Below are positions 1 to 11,300 of a stretch of DNA of 64,000 nucleotides, in pieces. The notes under the pieces were generated by a model. It made no database searches. It saw only the letters and a program-made list of their open reading frames with translations, and was not told the origin of the DNA. The DNA comes from Massalongia carnosa (taxonomy: Eukaryota). The stretch is taken from NCBI GenBank assembly GCA_965645245.1, contig OZ287067.1:2852001-2916000 (forward strand), in the 5' to 3' direction. Every line of letters starts with the position of its first letter. The stretch's first letter is position 1. A program made the translations under genes and the position numbers.

Positions 1-1082
1 CGTCTTCTGCACAACAGCTCTCGCAAGGATTTTTCTAGCTTCACGGTCTTCGCGTTGATAAGCGGCACATATCGTGATAGGCTACTGAGATGACTTAGGA
101 GTTAGAGGTCGAACGTCCTCAAGCCTTCAATCTCCAGAAACGGCCTTATCCAGAGCTTTTCTCGCCCGCCATAATGCTGGAGGGGGTCGGTGTCGCTCAA
201 TGACGCCTTGAAGTGTCTTAGCCCTAGTAGTTTGGTCGCTACGATATGGAAAATACGGCGCCAGCCTTTCGGGCTGGCGAATTCGTCGTATTGAGGAAGA
301 TAGCGACGTTGCTCGAAGTAAAAAACAGCCCAGCTGATATTTAACGTGGAGATAGTCGCAAATTTCGAGGGAGGATGTGTCGCGAGAAGTGAGAGAGGGT
401 TGGCAGATGATCTATATCATGTTTTTTTCGCATAAATGATACCAATAGCTTCAATATATTTGCTGGCAGATTTGCAAAATGGACGTACTACACTCGAGAA
501 ATATTCATAAAGCCGCCGCTCCAGATGGGATTTGACCACCTCGCTTGTTATAACCTTAGGGATGCTGTCCCCCAACCCAGTGGAGTCGTTCTGTGTCAGA
601 GGACAGCATAAACGAAAGTAATGTGTTGATTACATGGAGTGGCAACTCCTATGCACAAGCCGTCTAGGAATGTAAAACTTATGTAAAGGGTTCCCTCCGA
701 GCACATACGTGTAAATCTCCAAGCGCAACTCTGTAGGGAGACGATTAAGAAACAGGCAGTCCGCATTGAGGGTATATGGTAATGAGGTAGACAATCTTCC
801 TCGTATTTTGGATGCTTTCCTTGGCTTGGTGGCTCACCTTTTTGTGTACACTTTGGTCAAGAAAGTTGCGTGAATCCATGGCAAGAACGGAAAACAGCAA
901 CCCATGAAGCACATGAACCCCCCACCAACGATAAGCCCAGAGCATGCCATTTCAGAAGATGCAAGTCTTGAAAGATAAGAATACCACCAACAAGGAAATG
1001 CATATGTTTAGGTGCTCAATAGGTGGGAAGGTCGAGAAAAGCAAGGATGCCAAAAGCAACTGGACGTTTTAATAGAACTCTA

Positions 1083-2969
1083 TTCGTGCCCCACACTTTC
1101 GCTCGGTCGACTCGCTTAGTGCTAGCCAGCCATACAGCCAGGACCAGCCATACAGCCAAAAATCAACTATCCTACATACATCGAGGTTTTTTTCAGCAAT
1201 TCCTTCATGATCATCATCCATCTTTTGTGACTATTCATGCTTCTAGTCATAAGCATCTTTCTATGCGCTTTTGACTGCCTAACCACTTTGGTAAGAGCCG
1301 TACAATAACGCTTTTCCCATGCGACGTTTCGCTCTTTCTCCCTTATCTCCTCCTGCTCCTCCCTACCACGAACCATTGAACGGGCCTCACCAACAGTAAG
1401 TACGCCTCCGTGATGAAGAATCTTATTGGCCTCTCGTTTACGAGCTTTCCGAGCAGTTTGGGCCTTGATTTGTTGTTCCCAGCGTTGTTCCAGAAGATCG
1501 CCTTTTCGAACCTCGGCAACAGCTCCCTTTACAAATTTGCTAACAATTTGTACGAGGTCATCCGAGCAAGCTGAATGCGTCATGATTTCTGTGGCTACTG
1601 TGGCCAACTGTCGCACGGTTCGAGGGGTTTCTTGTACAGATAGGGGGGCTGTATGAGACGGAGTTGACTCACGAGGAGGGGGAGGAAGAAGTTCTCGAAC
1701 TTTGTCGAGAACAATGCCTGGATTGAACGGAATCAAGCCTGTTTTTCTCCAAGCAGACTGTATGGTGGAAGGTTTAAAAGCCAGCGATCGAAACTTGCTA
1801 AATGCATTCAGAAATTCGACTTTGGAAAAGGTTTGATCTCCATTCTGAATTGCTTCATTGACGGCCTCCGAATGCCAGTGTTTCAGAGGTTGAAAAACAC
1901 ACACATCCAATGGTTGTAAGAGATGTGTGGTGTGAGATGGTAATCCGAATGGAATGATGTTTTTCGTTTCACAATATTCTAGAAATTCTCGAGTATGATG
2001 AGATCCATAACCGTCCATTATCAAAAGTCTCCAAGCCCCCTCTCTTATTTTTTCAGTGTGTTTGTCGAAATGCTTGATCCATTGCAAACTCAACCAGTCA
2101 TTTGTACAGCCTGATTCAGCTGTAGAAATGACTACATCATTGCTCAGATCGTTTTTGACCCAGGGAGCGAGGATGTTGATGCCAGACACAATTAAAAAAG
2201 GGGGAATGTCCTGACCAGCCCCGTTGATACACTCCACCGCTGTCAGCGATTCTCGATTTGATGGATCGGAACTGTATGATTGTCGAGAAGAATCTGCTGT
2301 GATTATCCAATCACTTCGTGCCATACCAATACGAAACCCAGTTTCATCAAAATTCCACTGATCCTTCGGATTTATTCCATACTTGTTCACTACTTCTTGA
2401 TATTTTTCAAAATGCCCCATCAATAACTCCAAATCATGCGCATTTTTGCGCTCAGCAGCTAGAGGCTTACGTTTAACCTTGTAAAGATCTGACTGACGTT
2501 TTAGCCATCTTTTGATCCAATGCGAGCCGAGAGGAGGAGGAGGCGTCGAATCGGAAGCCGTTTGACGAAGAATGGAGTATGCAGCCACTTCCACCATATG
2601 CAGACGAGCCGGAATGTCCAAAGAATCCAGTTTCAAAAGATATAGACGTAGGGCCAACTCCTGATCGGGTTTTAGACGTCTATTATGCAGTCTCGTACTT
2701 TCGTTTTAGATGACACCCCTTTGACCCGAGAACGAAGCCTTCCTCTAGGTACATTAAATTCTCGCGCAATTGCACTGAGTTTGGCGTTTTTGCGTGAGTT
2801 TAAGGCGTCAATGGCCTTTGCAATACGATTTTCAATTATAGTATAAGATTCAGGCATGATGGTGGTGGATAATGAATTTTTCAAAGGTGGTGGGTAGAAA
2901 TTTGAAGATTTTGGCTGTATGGCTGGCTAGCACTAAGCGAGTCGACCGAGCGAAAGTGTGGGGCACGAA
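1083..2969 (-). mobile_element. Fot1/pogo-like (Tc1/mariner superfamily) DNA transposon, full length (1887 bp)
   Basis: Perfect 58-bp terminal inverted repeats (1083-1140 TTCGTGCCCCACACTTTCGCTCGGTCGACTCGC...; 2912-2969). TA target-site duplication at 1081-1082 and 2970-2971. Encloses a DDE_1-type transposase. Confidence 0.96.
1167..2857 (-). pseudogene. Fot1/pogo transposase (HTH + CENP-B-type HTH + DDE_1), split by a 1-nt frameshift near 2692
   Basis: Motifs WNFDETGF, RLLIMDGYGSH, LPSHTTHLLQPLDVCVFQPLK. The N-terminal HTH (MPESY...AIAREFNVPRGRLRSR, ATG at 2857) is in a different frame. Adding one base gives ...KVRGLHNRRLKPDQELALRLY, continuous with the 496-aa ORF. Confidence 0.9.
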
Positions 2970-3576
2970 TAATGCTTTTTGTTTGGTAAATATGAAGAAT
3001 CACAAAGCTGCATTATGCTCAACCGGTTTAGAAATATTTAATACCTTGAGTTCTAAGCCTTTGCGTTTCAATGAGCCCAATGTGAAATGTATGAGACTTT
3101 TTCCTCATGTACTCTGATAGAACACGTCTGAGGTACTGAGGCAACTTTGTGTGGTGCAATCCAAATTTGTCTCCCAGTCGTTCGCACTTCATAACCATTT
3201 CATCTACCAAGGCTTTGCTATTGCGTCACCGTGCAGGCTATTATTTGCAATAGCATGCTAATTGTGCGCCAAATGAGAAGACCCTCAAATGGTGGGTAAC
3301 TCGCCGTCCAATCACCAACTAGATTTTTGCCAGCCTTGCACGTAACCGACCACACCGTCCAGAGAGGATAGTAAAAAAGCTTTATTGTCTGTCAAATCAT
3401 CGCTGATTATTTCCTATTGTGGCATTATTTTTCATTTCGGTATCAATGCTGAATAAAGGCAGGGGTTATCTTGAACCGCTCGAAAATGGGGGCTTTATTA
3501 AGGCTCTCAGGCACTGCTTCTAAGGTTCTTCGCGCCTACAGGTTAAGTATCACCGCAACCTCGCACAAGCTCTTGA

Positions 3577-5809
3577 ATGGTCCTGGACAGCAGCACCATG
3601 AATCGAAGCCAACAACTCGGAGGCTTTAGCTTTGGTTTTTTGTGGTCTGTTGCCCTCAATCTGAGCCAGACTGACCCCAGGAACCCATCGCTCTATCACC
3701 CACACGACAACCAGTCACGGATCTCTTTGACTTATGATGCCTGCGTTGCAGCTGTCGGTCCTGACTATACTCAGTATGATCGGAGAGATGTTTATGACAG
3801 GGTCTTGTTGTGGCGTATTCCGTTGATTGCATTGGTAGCAACTACAACGCTTCCAGCATTAGTGAGCATTATGGCTCTCCTACAAAGATTCTTAGGATAG
3901 CCCAGAGGCCGGGAAACCAGCTGAAGAATCTTTGTCTAAAATCTTCTCTAACATGCTTAGGGATTTCATACCAAGGTTTTTACTATCCTACATCTTATCG
4001 CTTCACCAATCGATACGTTGTGGAGCCTGTTTTACAAGCTTGACCTTGCCCGACGCCATGCAGACTGGGTTAGAGAAAAAAATGCTGAATCGCTCTTCAC
4101 ATTTAAACCGGAATCAACCAGTCGACCTTCTAGCGTCTCGTCTCCTCCAGGAAGTGACTCATCAGTAGCGCCACAAGAAGATGCAGAAGAACCGTTAGAG
4201 AGATTTCTCGCGCCCAGAGGAAGGGTTAAGACGGGACTAGCTATCAACCAAGCCCAACAAGATAAAGAGACGATCCTTCGGCAAAGCGGGAACGTTGCTC
4301 ACAACGCAGCTATAGACCAATACGACCTAGATGTGATTGCTTTGATAATCAATTCATATCAGGAATGGCATTTGGGCAAAATTGCGAAGAGCACTATACT
4401 CTACAGCTTGTAGGCGAATTCAGCAATCCTTCCTAATGTGTACTTCATCCTCTCACGATCCAAGCATACTGACCCTGATGCTTTGGGATAGCCGAACCGA
4501 ATTGCCACTAGACAAACGGGAGATATTTCGCTCTTGCTGTGCATCGGCCGCAGCATATCTTGCGGCAGACCGAGTGTCGCGGATCTTACCATCATTTGTC
4601 GCAACCCTAATATTCTTCACCCAGCTATTCGCTGGATTTTGGAAAACCCTCATTAACGTTGGGCATAACCCCGATCCTGCTAATTTTGCAAGCACTAATA
4701 TCAATCGTACTCCACACAACATCGCCTTTGGCGCTTTATATTTCTGGCTTCCATTTGCTGTTCTCGCTACCGCTATTGTTGGAGGAGCCCAAACCGAAAA
4801 CTCTGTCCCTCGTATTCTTAACCGTCTTCGGAACGACACACACATCATCTTTCGTCATCAGGCTGGGCAGGAGCTGAGCATGCTTCCCGACTTGGACTTC
4901 TCCATGTCGAAGAGACGAATTGCAGGTGGTTTGCCGATATGGCAGCCCGACAAGTTTCAGGACTGGAATAATGGACATGTCAAGTTCTTTTTAACTAGTC
5001 TTATGCTGTCTGGATTAATTGTTTTAATACCCACCGTTGCTGCGGTTTGGATATCATGGCATACTCCGTCGGAAGGGTTTGGGTGCCGATCTCTTACCCA
5101 AGTGAGCTTTTTCTGCGCCTGGTCCATTAGTCACTGGATTGATCTGGTTCTCACACTGGCTTTCCGGGAGCCCCAGGAACATGGTGCGGTTCGCCATCAA
5201 GGCATCTACTGGTTTACCTTCATAAAAGATCTTGCTCTAACAGTAGGGGCAGTGACTATGTTGACGTACAGCTCTATCGGCCTTTTCAATAGTTGTAACT
5301 GCTGGACCAAATGGTATCCAGAGCATTCAGGAGGCCTGCGGTATCTTTCATTCCCTCAAGAACAGTTGGTATTTGACATCATAAGAGATAGGCTAAAGTT
5401 CGACTTTGCAATTGTTACCACCCTAGCATTTGGCATAGAACTAACGATTTTCTTTATGGTGTGGATTTATTTCCGCCGAGGACATCGTGTTCTTAAACAG
5501 CGTGACATTGACGGGATTCTCTCTGAAGACAGTTGGTGGGAAAAGCCGATTAAGAAAGTTCAAGGAATATTCACCAAACGCAAGAGCAGGCTAGGATCAC
5601 CACGGCTACCCCCCAGGCCTAGAATTACTACGAGGGCGAGTAATTTGACGCGAAAAGGGAAAGCGAAGATGACCACCCACCAAAATCCAGGGGATGATAT
5701 CCATAATGAATGGCATCAGTTACTGGATCGATCGTCGAACCCGCCAAAAACTACCGGGTTCCGCCGCGCCGATACACTCTTGATGGAAGCAGGAATGCCA
5801 TCAACTTAG
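3577..5809 (+). CDS. Hypothetical multi-pass membrane protein (3 exons: ~3577-3861, 3961-4409, 4492-5809)
   Basis: Three ORF blocks join in frame through GT..CTAAC..AG intron 3862-3960 and GT..CTGAC..AG intron 4410-4491. Many hydrophobic segments, with motifs WRIPLIAL, SPIDTLWSL, GFGCRS, FNSCNCW. Function not recognised. Confidence 0.75.
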
Positions 5810-7774
5810 ATACCGCTCCTATCCCTCTGGAAGGTTTAAACACAACAATTTAAATCTTTGGGTTAGAATACAGAAGGATATATCTTTTTCTACCGTCTCC
5901 AAAATGAGCCTTCTGATGCCTTTGGGGAGAGTAAAATGCTCAAAAGTAAGGCAACCGCGTTAACAGAATTGGCGCAGATAACAATCTATCGAAGGTGTAT
6001 TCTAAGGCCTTCGCTAATATTGACTATATTACTGAAACTTCCGAAGCTATTCAATTTTTTTTAAGGTCTTCATGAGCTTCTTAGCGATACTCCATAGATG
6101 ATTTGTATCTACACAGTTTATAATCGTCGATACCGCGGGCGATGACCTCTTTGTTTTTTTGCATTTCTTATCATAAGCCGTTGTTTCAAGTCATGTTAGT
6201 GGCTCGCAGGGGATTCCTACTTGATTGTTTCCATATGTGCTCGCGTTTCTGCAGATTCTACTACAATCTTTCAACTCCCCTCGTCACCGAACCCTTTATG
6301 TTTCTGGCTGTCGTTCGATTCCTACGTTTATCTCCCTACAATTTGACCAACCCAATATAACCCTCAACCACCTAGGTGTGGCAGGGTTGAGTCGCAGACT
6401 TGACATCATTTATCCCTTTTCGTTCCAGTATGCCTGATAGCTTAGGCTCTAGGGGACTACATGTTATTGGTGTGCACTCATATCATGATGACGTTTTATG
6501 CGTTGTGGCAAGTCGTTCTTGGAATGTTCCGTAGTTCCAATTAGCTTTAATCGGGCACTGCTACAGTTTCTACCGTCCATCGCTTCTAGTGCATTTCGTT
6601 CTTCTTGGAGGTTGACTGTATTTCTAAGGCAGTCCCGATGATGATTACATATTATAATACACCTTTTCATCATAGATATTATAGCGTTCGACTTTATCGT
6701 TCTCCGTGGTAAAATTTCATGGCCTGGCTCTTTTTCGACATGGTTCATTATCGCGCTCACCAAAGGTGGCCTGTAACTTCGATAGGATGCAATATCCAAG
6801 TAGAGCCTTCATCTGAATCATGGTTCTGACGTCTTAACCTCAATTACCTACCCATTATTTGCTCTCCTTGATGCTAAGTTCTAGCTACACTGAGGCGGGT
6901 ATGATGTGGATAATAAAGAGATTCCCGAGGCTATGGCTAAACCATATGTTCTCAATATAGCCGGATAGTTATATTTGTTGTCATGGTATTAGGAAGAATG
7001 GAAATTGGAGGAGAGAATATCTATACCTATCCAACAAATTTCTACATGACGTCTTCTGGTTTTGAGACTAGTTTCCTCAGTTATCCAGGATCTCGTTATA
7101 TCTCATTTTTCCTACATGGTACTATGTCCCCGAACCCTTATAATAAGTAGTAGGGGATGCAAATTCGTCGACAATTCATGGATGCTTTCTCGCTCGTCAC
7201 TGAGATTGTTCTACGGTTTACCTTTCGAAGCTGCCAGCCCAAAAGCATGTTCCCCGCCACCACCACGAACAGCCTCAAAGGTTTAGGCCACCTTTCTCGT
7301 TCTCTTGTAAGCTGTACTCATGGTTTGAGTAGATGCCTCCATATAGAAGCTGTAGCTAGATGCAATCATATTAGTTATGCTTAGGGGCTATAGAGTCTAG
7401 GTGACTTTGTTAGTTTGGTAATTTTAAGCTGCCTCCGTAGTGAAACTATAATACCAATTTTGCTTTTTGACGGCGCGAGCGTCGGGACACCGAGGCTGGG
7501 GGCGTTTGAGTCTTCTTATATGCATTCTGTTTACAGTTAGTTTTCTTCAATGGATGAATAGGAGACATGTGTAAAGCTTAGCTTCTGATTACATACTCAG
7601 GAATCCAATAGAACGAACGCATTATTCGTCACCTTTTACCTATTCATTGTCCCATTCGTCTTTCATTCCTATCTAAGCGTTTAGACCGGCCTTGATCGCT
7701 ATCCTCATATCTGATATCATAAACATATGCTTTCAACATGCAGCTCGGTCTAGTCCAAGGATCATCCATCTAGA

Positions 7775-8338
7775 TCATTTAGAACTAGACACTAATGCGG
7801 AGAGGGGCAGGGATTGGCTTCTGCTCGTGAATCGCCATGCCGAAGAGAGACTAAAATGATGAGAGAAGATCCCGGTCTTAAGCCGCATCACCAGCGTGAA
7901 GATCCTTACTGGTGATCGGATGCATATGCAAGGCAGCTTGAGGCAGCGCCTCAAACAGAAATTCCGTGACCCCAACCCGGCTTCTCGGTTTTCCAGACAG
8001 ATTTTTGTGTCTATGTACCTTTGATTAGGGGAGATTGTCATTCCGACCAGGCAATGCTTCGTTCCACCAACCCGATCCCAGTTAAGCCGCTCAGCAACCA
8101 GAATCTAGAGTTGAGTTGCATTAAATTTTAACGATTGTTGCTTTGGGGGCTTTGTGCGTATAGCTTTGGCAATCCATCCAGCTTATTCAAGCTGAGATAT
8201 GGTCTGTTTAATGGCCATTTTTCGAACCTTAACTTGCGGGCCTGTCGCTCTTTTCCCAACTCCAGCTTTCAAGCACCAAATTTTGAGCAGTGTTTCTAGA
8301 TCGAGAATGGATTGATCTTCTCCGTATCCAGCGCACAC
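7775..8338 (-). pseudogene. Decayed reading frame of unknown gene
   Basis: One frame reads CAGYGEDQSILDLETLLKIWCLKAGVGKR...SQLE*AGWIAKAIRTK...ATQL*ILVAERLNWDRVGG and runs into the 88-aa ORF 7775..8041. Only two stops (TAA, TAG), each one C>T change from Gln. Confidence 0.4.
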
Positions 8339-11300
8339 ACATCATCTGTTACAGATTTCTCTGATAATTGTAAGGGTGTTGGTATGAAACATGACTAAGC
8401 CGTATGTGGGTATATATTTTCACTTATGAGCTTTTCACGTATCCCTTCGACTCTACTTATGTACCCGTTCGTGCTTCTCAGTACACTGAAGCCGAGGCAT
8501 AAAAGGCTCTCTGTGCTCAATGCGGATCTCATTTGAAAAGTCTGGAAATACATATAAGCAGAGATAGGTAGGATGATGTGTTTCTTCTCTTTGAAAATTC
8601 CTTTCTTACTAGATAATTCGGCAAGGGCGAAAGTTAATGCCAGAACCGAGGGGTGGACAGGCCGATGGTCGAAGGACAATGGTTTCCAAGGAGAAAATGG
8701 TATGAATAAACAGTTTTTTGGCAATCTTCTCCTCATTATCGTCATTGATTCGGAGTTCAGCAACTCCTTAAATCAGTCGCATAGGTAGATGGAGTTTTCC
8801 CCCTCACCGCATAGACATTAAGACAAGTATGCATCAATCCATCCCTATACACGGCCGATACATCATTTTGACAGTTACCTATTTCTATCGCCGTAGCATC
8901 ATTTTCTTCCCATCTAAACAAGAAAAGTAGCTTTTTTGTAGATGGGGTTTAAAATATATCTATACAGCCTTCATTTTTCCCTTCTAAAGAATTGGCTGCT
9001 ACATGATCAATATACTTCTGGCTATAAGACCTACATTAAAATTATTCGCTTTTTTTAGAATAATGGACGCCTCCTATTGGAAATGGATGTGGATTGAAAG
9101 TAATTTGCTCATGAGGCTGGTAAAGTCCGATATCTCATAGTTATGGTATGTCAAATAGTGAAGCTGTCATCGTTATGGGTATCCATCAGGTGGTCCATAA
9201 GGTGCCTGGCAGGCATGAATGAGAGGCCTAATAGGCATTTCTTTAGGGGCCTGATGGTGTAACTGTTTAGGTATCCAACGTGGTTACTATATAAACTGGT
9301 AGATATTCTACGTATATCAATATCTTCAATGACAGCGATATAACATACCTACTCCTTGAAACTCGTCCATATAGTCCTAGCTTTTTGCAGTTAAGTGTTT
9401 AAGAAGTCGGTGAGTGCGGCTTCGATCATTCATTCCTGGGGGTTGGTCATATTTATTAACCTTCTTGTGTAGCTCTCGGGGTTTCAGGTTTTCTGCTTCG
9501 TATCGTTTCTACCTCTCTACATTTCGCTTTTTCGTTCACGGGATCACACGTGGAGAGAACCGAAAAACAATAGATGACAGAAAAAAGAAATGCATAATCA
9601 TATACACAATATGAACTGTGGCACAGATTGTAGGAGAATGGAAATCTCCCGATCAAAAGCAAAATAAAGAGATCCTAGCAAGACAAGAGATTATGAGTAA
9701 GAAATCGCGACCTCAGGAGTATACGAGTAAAGCAGTAGAATAAGAAGAAGCCTCATTCCACCCATCCATCTTCAAGGTACTCTTCTGAAAGAACTTTCTG
9801 TTAAAGGGAATGAATGGGTAGATTCGACTCTCCGTAACTAAATGGCTATCTTAAGACGAATCAACGAGATAATTGTGACCCTGGTATTGTGTGATGCTAG
9901 GCGAGATAAAAAGGTAGCGCGAGCAAGATTTCTTAGTACCATACATACTGTCACGAAGAATATTTGAACCAGAAGGTCAAAAGCCGATGATGAATGCGTT
10001 TGTGGATGATGATGAAGAAAGAACTATTTAATATTGTGGTGCTTCTTCGCATAACTTAGAGGTTCCCCTCCGCTCGCCTGGCTGCCCAATTCGATAGTGG
10101 GATTTTCGCTAAGAAAATGGCTAGAGAAAAAAGAAATCGAAGAGCTAAACCGCTTTCCCGGGTTTCGATACTTCCGTTGAACGGCCGATTCAGTTGCGCC
10201 CCAATTTGAGCCCACCTTTTGGTAAACTTCCCGTTGGCCTTCCTCGCATTATTATGTAAGTATATACCTTAATTTAGCGTAGCGCAAATTTTTGTTATGG
10301 AGTTATAAAAAAGCTTGGAGTGGGTGTACAAAATAAGTGGCAGTTAGGTAATCAGATTAGCCTACCGAAAACTCCTCTAATCGAAAACTCCTCTAACTTA
10401 ATCGAAAACATGGACTTGGAGATCTCCTTAAACAAGGATTTTTTTTATTTAGGGTTGAACATCTGTGTCTTCCAGAGTGATGAGGCAGGTACGATTTGTT
10501 TCCTATAGAGGGGTTTGATTGGAGAAATCGAAAGGTCATGGTTAAGACACTTAATTGACTTTTCTTTCTTCCATGTGAGCGCAAATATGGCAGAGAGCGA
10601 TAGGAAGGAGTCTAGGATAGCTAAACGGTCAAGTGATTGAAAGATAGCTGATTTTCAAGAATTTTTATGTCCTTTATGTTGAACAAAAAATCAACCAGGC
10701 ATACGGCAGCGGGATGCAGGAGAAGAGGGTCTAGGGCTATTAAGGATAGGCAAAGAGAAGTGCTTGGCAAACGTGATGCAGGTACTCCGTATTTCCAGTG
10801 AAGATGCTCCAAATTTAGCTATCTGCTGAACTGAATTCTGAACGACTGAATAGCTAAATTAAATGAGGAATCACCGTCTCTTTATACTGCTTGAGGGCCT
10901 CCATCTCGGCCTATATCAAATGCATGAACCTGCTTCCTTTGAACCTTTTCAGCTGGGCAAAATACACCTTATTACTGACCGGAGACACCGAGACACTCAG
11001 TGATCATGAACAGCTGAATTGCCTCCGAAATGTAGCATTTGTGCTGCATACCTTTGCCTCGTAGTTGCCGAAGTCGTGCCAATATCTGCAAAAGAACCTC
11101 AGTCGCAAATATTCAGGTATCTCGGCAAGTTCCAATACTTTAATTCCAGCTTTCACGATACAACCCACTTTACAACTTAGGCGTTGGTGCTAGGCCTGCT
11201 GAATAGTTGAGAGGCGTTGGGAAGTACACTTACACATGGCCTCTAATATAATAATAAATCAGCTATTCGATATCTGTACTTACTCCCATTTCTTAACATT

